Source: Styela clava
Taxonomy: Eukaryota
Length of the DNA stretch: 64,000 bases
NCBI RefSeq assembly: GCF_964204865.1
Contig: NC_135261.1
Span: 8,742,001 to 8,806,000 of the forward strand
Direction of reading: 5' to 3'
Below are positions 1-15,230 of the stretch, piece by piece (positions within the stretch are counted from its first letter, which is position 1; the number at the start of each line of letters is the position of its first letter). Below the pieces are notes generated by a model that saw nothing but the letters and a program-made list of their open reading frames with translations, was not told the origin of the DNA and did no database searches. Made by a program: the position numbers and the translations under genes.

Positions 1-3000
1 CCTGCTAAAAGTATTCATAAAAGTAGCAAATTTTTTGTGTTTTTGTGCTTATTTGAGATGTGATCTTCTGAACTTTCAGAAATTGGTCCTAAATGTTTTT
101 AGTCATCAAACTTCATTAGCTTTCAGTTGTAACCCAAAGTCTATTAGCGTACATGCCAGACCAAAAAGTTGACAATTTTGCAGAGAATTTTCAAGTTATG
201 TGAAGTCACTTTGTCATAGCTGTTTTCTAACTGTATTGTCATGAAGTATATAAACTTTTCAGAGATTAATTCTCTTTGTTTTTGAGTGAGTGCATGTGAC
301 TCTCCTTTGAGTAAATTTGAACTGAAAAACTGTTGAGTTTAGGTTCATAAATACCACTCATCTAAAAACGTTGAAGAATTGCTAGTACTTGTAGTTAGGA
401 ACAAAGGGGTGTTAAAATAATATTCACAGCTAGATATGCTTCTAGTATTGATTCAGTGTACCATTATAATTGAAAGTGTTGCATCAGATGAGCTATTCAA
501 CAGTTGAATAATTTATAAATTCATCAGAAATCTTTGCACTTTGATAGCTACTTACGACATTACTATTTTGTGGCTTTTGAATCTTGTCAACTTTGAAGAA
601 AGCATTAATCATGGAAAGAACGAGAGACTAGATAGATTTTTTATTGCAATTATTACCGTTAATAAATAGATTCCGAAACATTTTCAAGGCTTATGACATA
701 TATGCAAAATTTTACTTTGCATTGTTGTTGTTGCATTGTTGCATAGTTGATTTTTAAATAAATTTTTTTGAATATTGTCTGAAATAAATTCTTTTCACAT
801 CCACAATTTTTATTGATGAATTAACAGGCAAATATATTGCAAACATTGCTGATTATATAAGTTGATGTAGTAGATAAATACATGATAGACATAATTATAT
901 CTGCAATTTTCATAGAATTTTCATCTATTAAAACCCATGAAATTCTCTGGATGTTTAACTGATTCTGAAAGGTAAAGTTGTACATTGATTTGTTTTTCCA
1001 TGAGTTTGTTCCACATCAGAGTGAGTTGCTGAATTGTTGGATTCATAGATGGGAAAGCCACCCACACAACCCATTCATCTGAAATACATTGGTACAGGTT
1101 ACAATTAAGACTGCAGTGGGAAAATTTTACATGTCATATTTTGGTGAAAATGCTGGCAACATTACTATAATAAATTTATAGACCATATCATCAGTAGCCA
1201 TAAAAGGTTGAAAACCACTGATTTATTAGAATTGCCGATTGAGGAAGATCCAAAATAATGTGGTGTGAAATTATATCACACAAAGATATTTCTTCTTTGA
1301 CTGACAAAAACCTCAATAACGATTGTGGAATCACAATCAATATTAGGAATCACATGAAAATTTGTTCTAGACATGTATCGATAAAAGAAGGCGTATTCAC
1401 TTTTCTCACTTTGAAGCAATCATAAAGCAAAATTATCACTGTTGTGAGATGATATACAAGCCACAATGCAATTTATTAAACAACATTTTGCTGTTAACGA
1501 CACATAATTTTTGGTTCTTCAAATGCCTTACGATGTTGCGCATTGCACAATTGAATCGACGTTTTAATTCCAGCATATCACATCACACCTCAAAAGATAC
1601 TACCTGCACTCTTGATCACAGTTGCTTTAGTTTAGAACAATGCTCATTACTATTGCTCTTACCATAGTTTCGTTGCATAAGATGGTGATACAGTATTTAT
1701 TTATATACCTGCATAGCTGCAGAATGCATTAATCATATAATTCTCCTCATCACTTAAAATCAGAAAATCACCACTGAACAGAGCATCATCTGAATATCAA
1801 GAAATAAAAATATAGAATGAAGATCAAATAACATTCTACTTTTAATAACAATTTTACCTATTTTCGCTGCATCTTCACTTCTTCCACCCTCCGGAGTTAA
1901 AGATTGTGATGCTTTGATAGCTGGTTCTGTTTTCAAAAAAAAAATTCATTTTTCTGACTAGAATATTATGCCAATTTTGATAAAAAAGTTTATTCAAAAT
2001 ATATACCATCATTCTTTGCCGCTCTGTAGATACCTGCTTTCTTTCGTGTATGATGAACTGCATAAGTTTGTGAAGGAAAACTAAAATATAAAGTTAGCAT
2101 TATATCATCATTGGTTACAGTTTGTCAATTTATTAATATAAGACCTAATTTGACTAATGAAGCATTGTGTTAAGCATTTCTCAATTGAAAAATATCCTAC
2201 TTCTTGTGTAGTTCTGTGACAATCAAGTTCATTCCTGTGCTTGTTTTAGTAAAATTGTGTAGTTTTGCTCCAAATACATCTTTATCCATTACTGGGTCAA
2301 ATGTGTGGAGAACTTCATACCAGGCTTCAGAAAACTAATTTTAGAAGCATAGTAAATGTACATAAATATAAGTGATCTGGTAATATTCTTTAGTATGGTG
2401 AGCTTTCAAAGATTGGGAAATACTTTGAGTCAAAACAAAGAAAACAATTCTGCTTGATAAGCAAATGTATATATGCTTATGCTTAACACACTGATGTATA
2501 TAATACTGATGTTTTGTTACAGAGAGATAATGAATGATCAATCTGCATTTACAAAAAGTCTTGTAATTTAAAGCATGTACTCACATTATCCCAGTCAATA
2601 TCTTCATTATCTTCTGGAATGTTGCATTGTTTAGTCTGAATGAATTCAAAACTTTGAACCAACATCAATAGCAAAATGTACCTGCCCTTTTTTAAGATAA
2701 ACATCTTCATTTTATTCAATTTGGATATTTAAATCCTATATGAATAATGAAATGAAGGAATTGTTTTTTTTAATTATCATCACAGTTTTCAGTATTTTAT
2801 TGTTTTAAATATTAATTTGAGGATTGTAATGTAATTCTATCATCATTCAAACTAATAGATTTGGAAAGTTACTGTACTCTGTTGTAATCACAGCTAGCTC
2901 TCTGAGTGTGAAAATTTTTTGTTTTAGTGTATATAATACACAAACAAATATAAGTCTGTTACTTCGTCTTAAGACATAAAACCATCAGTCTGAATGAATC

Positions 3001-3053
3001 CCTGTCATGACTCTGTCTGGAACTTTATGTGACAAGCTTTTTTTCCGGCAGTA

Positions 3054-3697
3054 CAGTTTTATAGGCCTATATGAGCAATGTCTGAAAAAATGTGATCATG
3101 ACGTCAATTTGTTTATTTAAATTCAATATGCAGGAAAACATTAAGATAGCTTTGCAAAGTGCAAGAAGCGTTTCATATTGAAAACCTCTGAGAGAAAGTT
3201 GAACCCCTTTATGCAACACGAGATTTTACATTCACTTGTCATATTCTTTCCAAAAAATTAATAGCAATCATCACTAATGCGATAAGGCACTCCCTATTTA
3301 TATCCGAATCGGTGCTTCAAAAAGAAAACGGCTATCACAAGATGAAGTGAATTATGTCTATTCGGTAAGCCATGGATGTACAATGAAGTACTTATTTCAC
3401 CATATCCACAGGTTATTTTAACTTTCCAGTTAATAGGTCCATTCAAAATGATTGCTGGTATCTTTGTATCGATTAATTACTGCTTTATTATTAGGAATAG
3501 CTAATTCTGTGAGTATTATTCTACTGCAACAGCAATGACCTGGTTCTAACCACATAAATTATGAGCGCATATTGGTGCTCAGCAGAACATCTCGTTCTAC
3601 TGTCTTTATTTACCTTTAGATAGAAAAAAACATTTCGGTGCTAAAAATAAACATAGTCTCATTCGCCGGGTAGACTTATCTTAGTCGGAAAATACTG
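3054..3697. mobile_element. Degenerate pogo/Tigger-like element
   Basis: Right end GACTTATCTTAGTCGGAAAATACTG|TA; 3430-3697 is homologous to 58390-58633 (ATAGxTAATTCTGTGAGTAT...GTGCTAAAAATA..CAT). Confidence 0.55.
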
Positions 3698-5322
3698 TAT
3701 TTAATATCAAATTTATTCTGTCAATGAATTGATGTTATTTTGGAAGTAATTAAATGTTGAAGGATGGCCTGGCGTTATTATCTTGCTTAATCATGAAAAT
3801 CGATATATGCTTGAACTTTGCCATTTGTCTGCTAATGAAGATGTTTGTGATTTTTTGCAGCATTGGTCCTGCTTTCCACCAAAATTGGTATTTGCCAACT
3901 CACAACAACATTAGATATGGCCATTCATAAAATGAAGTCGTTGACCTGTCGCCTGTGTCCTAAAAATTTTATGCCCAACATCAGTTTTTATGGAAGAATC
4001 ATTGTCAAAATGAATTTTAACTTGAAAAACTTAATCCTTGTCCGCATGCACTCGGGGTTGACTAGAACCAGGTCATGTCTGATTCCATATAAAATGAAAT
4101 TATGAGCGAGCTTTGGTGCTTCAACTGGTGAACAAGAATTGATTTTTTTGCTTGACCAATTTGGTAGTAGTATGGAAAATCCTGATATTCAATGCTAAAA
4201 ATCGCCTTATCTTATTTGTGGTCCAAACTCATTAGCTGGGAAATATTGTATTTTTGTTAAGGTTATTCTACTGCATGTGAGTGAAAGAATCCACCATCAT
4301 ATATCTTCTTATACTGGCTATTTAGAAATAATGAGTTATTAATATGATTCATATACATTTTAGGCTACTCGGTGTAAGTCGATGTTTAAATGGGAAGCAA
4401 TGTGAAGAATTATCCTTAACATCTAATCTTTTAATAAACATTGCACAGTTACCATCCTTACTTAACCAAGTCATAATACATCCTATTCATTGCAAGCCTT
4501 GCATTCTGCATGTGTTTGTGACTTGTATGATGATTCTATATTTTATAAACAAGACGTAAATTACGTGACTTTTTTGTTTATACTGTCAGGCTTTCAGGAA
4601 CATGCATGTCACAGTCATGACAGAGGAGGTTGAAAAAGGATCAATAGATTCACAAAATATATGAATTGCTTTACTAGGTGGCTTTTAATAATACACACAG
4701 CATAGAGGATTTAACATACAACCATAAATGGGCTTGTGGCATAGAAGATGATAAGTGAAATAAAAAAAGCATTTGTTAACCTAGATTTGTGTTTCCTCGT
4801 TCCATATATCCTCATTCCTGTTCTTATGGATCACACAAAACTTGTAACTATAAAAGTTCTGCTCCAATGCCAAAGCTCAATAAACAATATTGGCAGGGTA
4901 CTTCTAGTTGTACTTATTATAATACGTTACATTGTTCTAGCTATCTATATCAATTTTGCTGGAAAGGTTTTGCTTTGTTTAGAATAAATTATTATCATGA
5001 GGTTATACTATGCCAATGATAAGATGCTATTAATATGTGTCACTCAGCAAACATGGCTTAACTATGCTTGCATTGTAGGTAATTGCTTTAGACTGAACAG
5101 CTGCACTCATCCCCACACCCAGAGTTTATTAAATTGAAAAAAAAAATTGGGGTTTGTAAAATGTAGTAGTTTATTTAGTACAGTGGCTTTATTACAGTGG
5201 AGTAAAGATGTAATAAACTTAATTAAAACAGTTATTCAGATATTATTACCTTAAAATTTCCTGTTATTTCGAATTTCTTTGTGGGCTATTGTATATACAT
5301 ATTCTGCTATGCTATTTTTCAG

Positions 5323-8300
5323 GGTCCATCAGATTATGAATATCCTATCTTTGTCTCAGATAACATTGGAAATTATGAGAAAGAATTGCCTGAGCAAAAG
5401 TAGGTTCCTTAATTATATATCTGTTTTTTACAACTTACATGTTGTAGCTATTAACAATATTAGTCAAACATAACTTTTCAAGGATTTGTTTACTTCAAAT
5501 GTTGTATATGCAACAACAAGGAATTGTGTGGGCTACTTGGTCATACAAAATATCTGACAAAATTTTCTTTTTGTCATCGTTTTCTTAATTTTAATATAGC
5601 GACAGATCGCAACAATAAAACGCTTCAAACTTTCAAGTAATAGAGTATTCGTAACTTGGTTAACTATGTCTAACGGGAAAGCCTTTTATTTATTCTTTTT
5701 ATACAAATCATTATTTAAAGAAAAAGGATTATAATTATGAAACATATTTATTGTTATGAATTATTCTCTGTAGGAATAAATCATCAAATGTTGATGATGC
5801 CTACAGTAATTTAAAAATATTTATATGACTATACTTTTTCAGGAGAGCCGGTGCAGGTGAATATGGTGAAGCTGTGGAGTTAGACAAAAGTTTAGATTCC
5901 AGTGTTAAAGAAGCAATTGGAGAATTTGGATTCAACTTAGTTGCAAGTGATCGAATTTCACTTGATAGAGCACCGAAAGACTTACGACACCCTCAGTATG
6001 TTGTTTATGATTTTAGACAAACTTGTCTCTTTCATCAGTTACCTTGGCCGATCTTGAACTGTATAATATAATTGTGCAGCATGGTTGGCCAATTCTAATC
6101 ATGTAATAATAAATGCATGAAAAAACTTAAAATGTATTCAAATGTTAAATTATGCATATGAATATTGATTAAATTATGGCAGACAATTTTTTGTGAAATT
6201 TAAAATTTTTTATCGATTATATGATGTCTAAAGATAACTAATATTTATAGATGATATTTCAAATATGAGTCATATTGCGTCATTACTGGCATTTGTTATT
6301 TTATTAAAAGTTTAAATAAAAAATTGATAATATTTTGACGCATTGATAAACGAATTTTGAATATTACTTTAATATTAGTACCGGTAATTTACAAAAAAAA
6401 CTTTTTATTACTGTTTTTATCTGGTCCAAAAATACTTATCGATTAATATTTGAAAAAACAGTGTATATTACCATAATTTTCACTGTGAGGAACCCAACTC
6501 AGTAATAAGGAAGTGGTGTCTTAAACTTTATTTACTTAAACATTTACTAAGTGTCTTAAAAGCAGCAAAAATCTAAAAATCAGAACACCATACTGCATAT
6601 GATCAGTAGATGTCAGCAGGCCATGTTTATGTAGTGCATTACTTGAATTATCACACACATAAAAACATGACAGCAATGCTCAAATATATGGACAAGAAGG
6701 CCAAAGCGATGTGGTACGGGTATGCAATCTGTAACAGTGGACTACACGTACCAGCCATGACGATGTCATAAAACATGTTCCCATGAATAAAAATAAAACA
6801 GCTAAATATTTGGTGAAATATCAGATTGCATAGCAAAAAAAAGAATAGGCCTTCTAAAGAAAGATACAATCTTTAATCACTGAAAATTTCGAAGCTATTG
6901 GTCCAGTGATTAATGAGAAAAGCGATTTTTTCATACGGTAACAACACGAACAAGAATGAGAAAAAGAATTTTAACTAGAAAAACATAATAACAAAATGAT
7001 CCATATGTACACTTCTGGTCCCATAAATGGGGTCATTTTCACTTCACTCTGTTTTTAAATTTATGTGATCCAATTATATTTTGTTTTTAGATGTAAACAT
7101 TGGGATTATCCAGCTCATCTACCCTCGGTCAGTGTTGTTCTTGTCTTCCATAATGAAGGTTGGTCTCCTCTCGTCAGAACTGTTCACAGCGTCATCAATG
7201 GAACTCCAAGAAAACTTCTTCACGAGGTTGTTATGATTGATGATGGCAGTAAAAAACGTAAGTGGTACAGTCTATATTTTCAAGTAAGGTGAAATAAATA
7301 CAGATTACTGGAATTGCCTCTCAAAATTGTTTGTTTCACAAATTAAAACAAATAAATGTAGTACCTGAAATATATAGTACTTTTCAATGTTTACATATAT
7401 TATCTCTATTATGTAGTATAGATTTAATTAGAGTTCTTGAAATTGACATTCATTTTGTCTAATCTTTTCATACTCTTATTTCCTTGGCAAAAGTCTGCCT
7501 ACGTCCAAAATCATTTCAAAAAATTATTATTTCTAAATGGTCAGACAATTCTGTAAATTGAATATTTGAATTTCAAGGTATCCCAATTTTTAATAAAGCA
7601 GTTTTATGTATGACTAAATAATAACTTTTCAGCAAACTGTTTCATTTCTGGATTCAAATTAAACTTGAACTTATGTCATTTTTTAATAGAATTGTCATCA
7701 GTTGTGGATCATATCAATATTATCAAATTAACCAAAATTATTTTAGTAGCTTTTCATTTGGGACATAACGAGTGTCATGTGTTGTTGCGTTTTACATTAA
7801 ATTTCTCATTTTTATACCTCCAGCACATTTGGGCAAACAACTTTCAGATTATTTGGAAAGATTCAATGGATTGGTGAAATTGTACAGAAATTCAAGGAGA
7901 GAAGGACTTATTAGAGCCCGGAGTATTGGTGGCAAGAAAGCTACAGGAGATGTAGGATTTTATAATATCTTGTACTATTCCCACAAGTGTACTCACTTTG
8001 TCACTCTTTTTTGGTATCTTATATAAAAATTCACTTCAATAATATTCCTAGTAATGATTGTTTTTTCAAACTATACATAGTAGGCTATAATATTCAATAT
8101 CCATACCTCGGTAGGGTTTTTGAAATTAAATTTCATCTGATAATTTAAAGGTTTGGTTATAATTACCATGAAATGCCTGTGATTTTACTGTATTTTTATA
8201 CTTTTAATTTCTGTATCTCTACAAGTTAAAATATTGAAATGAATTAAAACTGAAATGAAATCATAGAACAATTTCAGTGGAGCCTGTAACTTTGTTCTGA

Positions 8301-11300
8301 AATGAGTCTCCTCCACTTCTGATTGAGTATCTGTGAGCAAATTCTTTCAGCAAAATTTCATTTTTATTCAAATTTCAGATTCTTGTGTATCTTGATGCTC
8401 ACTGTGAAGTAGGACCAAACTGGTTGCCTCCATTAATTACTCCAATTATGAATGATAGACGAGCATGCACTGTACCATTGGTTGATGTGATTGATGGAAA
8501 CAAGTAAGTAGTTTTCTTTTGCTGTACCGGAAAAAATTGAATTTTTTAATCAATTTTTTGCTATGAACAAGACGTCATTCATGTGTAGGAATCCACACTA
8601 TTTTTGAAACAACTAAAATCTTTTTATATCAACATTGCAAATGCAAATGTTACACCCTAGTTGAGGTGATGGACAAGGGGAGATGGACCAGAGAACCCTA
8701 ACTTGTGGTCTAACATAATTAGGTAAATTCCTCATGCTCTGGTGTTCTTGGTCTGTTTATTCAATATAAGAGTGTTGTAAACTGCTTGTCTGGGCAAGTC
8801 TGACTTTGTTCAGATGAAACGTTACAGAAATACATTTGTGTTAGTGTGCAGCAGGACTCATGAATGGCATAGTATAGTCGTATTTATTGCTGCTACGGCA
8901 TTATATGCATATGGATCCACTACCATAAAAGCATAGAAGAAAGATAGGGAGTTAGTCACACGCAACCCAACTCATTATTAAGATAGATACGACTGTCTGC
9001 ATTTTTTATGGATCTTCGTGTTCAATTTCATGATGGTTTTCTTGTTTGCCTCCCAGATATACTTTCACGGAACAAGCTGGTGGAGACCATGATGGTTTTG
9101 CTAGAGGTGCTTGGGATTGGACTTTTCAGTGGAAGAGAATTCCATTGACACAGAGAGAAAAAGCCAGAAGAAAACATCTGACAGAACCATATAGGTAATT
9201 TTTAACTTGAATTGTTCATGATATATTATTATTTATTCTGTAATTTATTTTGATTATAACATGTAAGTTAACAAATACATAAATCCTCATCATTCACATA
9301 TTGAAAACTTGAAGACAGCTTGAACATGTTAGTACCAAATTATTCAAATTTCTTGAAAATTATCTAAATTTACGGTTCTTGCTAAGATATCGATAATGTA
9401 TATTGTAGATCAGGGGTGTGCAACCTGCGTCCCGCGGAAAAGTGCCAATTTCGAATGGTGTGCGGCTCGCGGAATATATTTTTTTTCCAACTTCTGGAAA
9501 GCCCATGTTAAATAAAGGTGCGGCCCACCCAGTTCTTTGTATCCGGCCTTCCTGTAGTAAAGGTTGCACACTCCTGTTGTAGATGACAAGTGTCTAATTC
9601 TGTATTTTTTTACAATTATTGTTCAGGTCACCCGCAATGGCTGGAGGATTATTTGCGATAGATAGAAAATATTTTTATGAGATTGGAATGTATGACAATG
9701 GTCTTGAAGTGTGGGGAGGTGAAAACTTTGAAATTTCATACAAGGTATTTACTTACAAATAGATTTCTAATTTAATATTTAATGATACGGTCGGGTAAAT
9801 GTCTGTGGTCTGATTATGTTACATAGAAAATTATTTAAAAATCTGAGAATAAAAATCATCCAATCAGGAAATAGATAGTAAATGACGGATTTATCTGAAA
9901 TATATTTGTTTTGAATTTGTTATTCTGTGGCATATATGAGTCGTCAGTTGCCTATTATTCTTGAATATCCAATTTCCTCGCATGGTGAGATTAAATCCAT
10001 AGAAGGTGATCACATGGCCGCTGATCAGTCACGATTTCTCATTCAATCAGTGATGATTTCTAACTTTCAAGTCCATTCATCTAGAGAAGCATTTCTCAAA
10101 CTGTGGTCCACGGAACTTCGGCGGCTCTTGGTCGTAAATTTGTCTCCCAACTGACAACAAACAGGTGGACAGGCCTTGCAATCTAAATAGGCGGATAGGC
10201 CTTGTGTCAGCCATACATATTTGTAAAACCAATCACCTTCTGATTTCCTGTTGTTCTGCAAGGCGACTTAAAAGCCTGGGTGTTCCGAACTAAAAAGTTT
10301 GAGAAGCACTGGTCTAGAGGGATTAATTCTCCAACAATTTCCATCCTTCAATCTGAATTAATAACTAAACAGGCATCTATGGTCCTTTCTCAGGATAAAT
10401 AATAAATACGAATATCTTTTTATTCTCTGCCTATTTCCAGTGTAGTTAATAGTGATAGATTTTGTCTTAAATCCAACTTTAAAAAGACATTATGCATCAA
10501 CAATTAGATAGATTACATAACTTTCTTCAATTCAAAATTTTCAGTTGTGGATGTGTGGTGGTCAACTTTTATTTGTGCCATGTTCAAGAGTTGGACACAT
10601 ATATAGACTACCAGGGTGGCGTGGAAATCCGCCACCTTCATATGTACCTAGGGATGCGGTATCGAGGGTGAGGACCATTTATTTTATTGTTTTTGTGTTT
10701 GGAAGTCATGTGTAATGGGTAAACATCAAAAAATTTATTGCTTTTTGGTTGGATAACTAGAATAATTATACTAGTATTAGAGCAAGCGCTTTGATAGGTT
10801 ATAGATGGCGTCAGACGAAATATAAAGAGAATAAAAATTATTGATGTGTAATATTTGAGCGACCGAAGCGAGTGAATTTTGGAAGCTGTCAATTTTTATG
10901 TGCTCTATGCTCTATGTATGTGAAACTCTATTTAATGTACTTGGGTTTGAAAACAATAGAAAATGATGGTTTTGGCAAATAACATTCTTTATTAATCATA
11001 TGACTTGAAACATTGGAAAGTTTCTGATGAGGCTGCATTGTTTGATATTACACATAAATTTTTCTTCAATAGCTATGATATCTTTCATGAATTCTTTTAC
11101 AGCGAACATGTTAAACTGCACCTAGGTATCAAAACACTCATAACCTGTTGGTTTTTCACAGGATGATCTGCAAAAAAGAACCTGGGTTATTTGGCACATA
11201 TTTTAAGGAGAACATAACTTGTGCGAAGTGTCCTGGATTACTGAAATTATACACAAACAATATTCAATTGTTTACAAATTAAATTTTCTCCATTTCTTGA

Positions 11301-14300
11301 AAATAATCAAGACATATTTGGCTTCTGTTTTTTGGGGAATCACCATGTACGAGCTACATCGATAAAGTAACCAATCTATTGTTTTTATCAGAACTACAAA
11401 AGAGTCATTGACACATGGTGGGATGAATATGCAGAATATTACTATAAGTAAGTTGCTGACTTACATCTTTGGCTTATTAGCAGTGATGTATGAAACATAC
11501 TAAACTTTAAAACTTGATTGTATAAATAATTTGGAATAGCTTCATTACAAGTACAAATTTGGAGTATAACAATTTTACTGAAAAGGATTCTTCAATTTCT
11601 AAAATTATTGAGAAACAAGAACCAATCAAACATTCTTCAACTCTGTTCAGCAGTGTGAAGCATGATGCAAAGCGTTAGGAATACGCTCGCCAACGCACCT
11701 CTGATCACTCTGTGTGGGTTCGAATCCTACACAGAATTAATTATGTGCGGGTAGGGTTGTTCGCGTAACTGTTGGTCGCTTACAGCTTCCACCACCATCA
11801 AGTCCATGCATCTGAAAACGAGTAATTGTCTAACTAACTTGGACTGGTAACGGCCGTGGTTCGCCATATGATTAAGCCGTCTAATCAGCTTTCTTCTCCT
11901 CTGGGATAAATACGTGAATTCTATCTTAACTTTTTTCTATTTTCAACTTCAAACTCTTTCAAAATGCATTCAGAATAATATATTATCCAAGTTTGGCCAT
12001 CCCTGCTTCACAGCCAATTTTTTTTTATCTTTTGCTCCTCTCAGCTCATACATAATGATGATTGTTTACTTTATTCTGGAATACTGTTGTTTCGTAACTA
12101 TTGCTACTTTATTATGCTCAATATGGAAGTTATCATTTTTATGTTTGTTCACTTCAGAAAATTTAATTTTGAAACCAAATCTTTAGAGTGTAATTATTTA
12201 GTATCTTGGATACTCTCTTTGAAAATAATATCGGAGCTCCATAAGTTTATTCCAAATAAAGTATCTATTCACGCCTTATTGATGTTTCACTATTGAAAAA
12301 AATCATAGTATGTCTATCATTTGAGTGTTATTGATAATTGCAAGAGTAGTAGGTCCAATTATGAATGCTTTACATTGTTATGAATTATTTCTGTTCTTCT
12401 CAGACGTAAACCGGAAGTAAGAGGAATAGATGCTGGAGATTTAACGGAGCAAAAAGCTTTAAGAAAGCAATTGCAATGTCGATCATTTAAATGGTTCATG
12501 GAAACCATTGCATATGATATTCCAAGGTAACAATTGAGTAATTTTGTTGTATTTAGTCTAAAATCATTGTGCTCACTCAAGTCAATTTTTCCATCTATTT
12601 TCTCAACTGAACCTTTCAGCACACTTTTGAAATTTTTTGTCTGCCAAAGTCAGACTCCCCCCCAAAAAATAGTCTATAACAGGGGTGTGCTACATTTTTT
12701 GTTGTTGGTGGTGGGCAATGTAACAAACTTCAGACATCTAGCTGGGCCACATAAAAAAATAATTATCTATAAATGGAACGAAATAAAAAATTAGCAACAA
12801 CCCGAGAGCCACGAGAAAGGCAAAAGAAGAAAATGTGGCTTTCGCTCAGCCTTTCATTCATTCAGTAATAAAGGCATTGGGCAAAACGATGAAAGATTTA
12901 ACGCAAAAATCATTATGTATTTTCACTCATGTGAGAGCCCTTTTAAACCTTAAATTTTCAGATTGGGATTTTATGCTTGATGGGGAAAAATTTAGGTGTT
13001 GAAACAGGCCACACTAAATGACTTTGCGGACCAGTTTGTGGCCCGATAGCACCCATTTGCACACCCCTGGTCTACAACAAAAATCACATGCATTTTAGAT
13101 CCATTGGTATATGTGTACATGGAAAGGAGCAGTAGTTAGTAACATGCTACTATATTCTAACACACAGGCCTAAACCTTCCGTTGCACATTTCAATTATTT
13201 GTTTTACATTTTTTTTTTTACAATTTTAGCACTAATATGTGAAATAATAGCAAAAATTGGGAATATTCATATTGAAATTATTCTGTTTCTTAGGCATTAT
13301 CCAATGGTGGAACCACCAGCAGGAGCGTCAGGAAAATTGACAAACATTGGTACACAACTATGTTTAGATGGAAAACATGGTGGATCAGGAGCACCATTAT
13401 ATTTAAGTGACTGTGAATCTAATAGGGGTGAATTGGTAAGTTAGTAAGATTAGGATTAAAGCTAGTGAGGTACAAAGAATTCATCTTGAAAAAAATTGAA
13501 AAATAATAACAGCATTCATTGTATTGTATGGTGCTGAACAATAAGGAACCTGCTTCTATCGCATTGCTTATTATGCTTCTGAATTGACACTACTTATTCT
13601 TTATATATTCCCTGAAGTTCTTGTACTGGATGTACAAGTTCTTGTAACTTGTTGTCGATTGTAATTTTCTACACCAACTTTACAACCTGACCTCGACTGG
13701 TACAGTTGAATATGAAAAAATATTAACAACTAAGCAAATGCCTATCTTCATATTTAGATACTAAACTTTATTCAGATTATGATATCAATTAATCATTTCT
13801 TTTGGGATTTTAATGGACAGTCATAAAATCTACTAGAGGATGGGAGTTTTACATTTTTTTCTGGGAAATAAAACTGATAACTAGAGCTGGGAATAGCTAA
13901 CCTGTTAATCCGTTAACCGCTAACCAATTTTAGATGGTTAACGATCAAGATTTTTTTGATGCAGCAATCCTAAATTTTACCTCATTACGCAAACATCACT
14001 CCTGCAGTTAACCAGGCAATTTTACCCGGTTAACAGTTAAAGTGTTCTCACTAGAATTCCCAGCCCTACTGAACTTATTATTATATGGCAGGCAACATCT
14101 TATCATCCAGTTGCCAGTACAGGTCTTGCCGACCCAAGGACATGTACAAATACTGAACGGTGGTGTAATGTTTCAAATAACTAATATAAAGCAATTAATT
14201 TCACATAACATTTGTTTTAGCAGAAAGTAAGAAAGCGGCGCTATTAAAAAATAGACGCGGCCAAGTTTTTTTTGCTGTGATACTTCCCACATATACAGTT

Positions 14301-15230
14301 ACTATTGGGCAATACTTCTATAAAATATAAAATAAACAAGGTTTACTGAAAAACAAAATCAATATCTTTTTAGTTTTCGTTGAAAAACAAAGCGATCCAA
14401 CAAGTTTTTCAGGTTACCCAGTTTTGGGTTGTGAGTGTGAGTTGTGACCCATAAGTTGGGAAACACTGTTCTAACATTCCCTAAACCAAAAAACTGAATT
14501 TAACTTTAAATATATTCGTTTCAGCAATGGTGGTTAACTTGGAGAGAGGACATTAGGCCAGGAGGTTCAACATCAGATAAAGCTCGGAAAGTTTGTTTGG
14601 ATTGTGTTGGTCGAAATAACGTTGCTTCATTCTGGGAATGTCATCAAATGCAAGGAAATCAGTTGTGGAAATATGTTGTAAGTATTACAGAATAAATTTG
14701 TTCAATACATGGTCATGAACAATGCTTAAGAACTTTCAGTTAACTTCAGGCTTTTTGAGTTTGTCAAAAATTTAACTTCAAATATCATGATTAAAATCTT
14801 GAAATACCGCTTCTGTCTCAAGCTCCCAAGAATTCGATATTTTGACTTCAACCGCGAACAATGAGACTTTCGAAAATATAAGTTCGTCTCCACTTTCAGT
14901 AAGAATCTGTCGAACTACGACCCCACAGCCCAGCCAGAAACTGTAGTTTCCTGATAGTTGAGCTGTATTGTCTATGATTCCTATCTAATTAGTTGAAATT
15001 TTAGTTTAATTTACTGCAATTTTCCCATTTTCCAGTTTGATCAAAAACTACTGATGCATGCAGTCTCATCTTCTTGTCTTGAAGCCGATCCAAAAGACAA
15101 AAAAGTTTATGCGAGAGAATGTGATCAAAGCAATTCTAATCAATACTGGATTTTTGCTGACTTGAATGTCACACAACTATCTATTTTCAATAGCGATATG
15201 AACCACGCAGTTTTAATGGACGATTTGTAA
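5323..15230 (+). CDS. GALNT7: Polypeptide N-acetylgalactosaminyltransferase, GALNT7-like (5'-partial, 13 exons in window)
   Basis: Exons 5323-5399, 5843-5995, 7091-7257, 7824-7951, 8379-8503, 9057-9194, 9627-9744, 10545-10667, 11392-11447, 12404-12526, 13294-13435, 14525-14677, 15036-15230. All are GT-AG and in phase (1698 nt, TAA at 15228-15230). Motifs: [34 protein letters not shown], DxH (LDAHCE), [43 protein letters not shown], and a C-terminal ricin-type lectin with QxW repeats. RGAWDW and [10 protein letters not shown] are GALNT7-subfamily-like. The N-terminal TM exon was not found in 1-5300. Confidence 0.93.
6663..7025. mobile_element. Dispersed copy of the same HINE-like family
   Basis: ATGCTCAAATATATGGAC, GTTCCCATG.ATAAAAA and ATCTTTAA.CACTGAAAATTTC.AAGC.ATTGGTCCAGT....GAGAAAAGCGATTTTT match 56107-56531. 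Confidence 0.75.
9411..9576. mobile_element. hAT (Charlie/Buster-type) MITE
   Basis: TIR CAGGGGTGTGCAACCT / AGGTTGCACACTCCTG with perfect 8-bp TSD TTGTAGAT (9403-9410, 9577-9584). Confidence 0.88.
10087..10311. mobile_element. hAT MITE (degenerate left end)
   Basis: Ends (A)AGCATTTCTCAAACT / AGTTTGAGAAGCACTG; TSD ATCTAGAG / GTCTAGAG. Confidence 0.75.
11648..11928 (+). mobile_element. tRNA-derived SINE (same family as 48109)
   Basis: CGCACCTCTGAT, B-box GGTTCGAATCC and shared body/tail. Other fragments lie at ~19965-20047 (-), ~21912-22050 (-), ~51195-51345 and ~63345-63435. Confidence 0.72.
12680..13069. mobile_element. hAT MITE
   Basis: TIR CAGGGGTGTGC / GCACACCCCTG; TSD GTCTATAA / GTCTACAA. 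Confidence 0.85.
13882..14068. mobile_element. hAT-like MITE with TAGxGCTGGG termini
   Basis: TAGAGCTGGGAAT ... ATTCCCAGCCCTA; subterminal GTTAAC/CGGTTAAC repeats; TSD only partly preserved (CTGA). Confidence 0.65.

Noticed and set aside
1-5300. Short ORFs and a candidate GALNT7 upstream exon (e.g. acceptor at ~4589)
   Set aside because: There is no in-phase donor before stops and no TM/stem-like peptide. The region is best explained as a long intron with decayed repeats.
11648-11735. tRNA gene (GGTTCGAATCC B-box)
   Set aside because: No closed cloverleaf or oligo-T terminator, and it continues into a body shared with other copies, so it is a SINE head.
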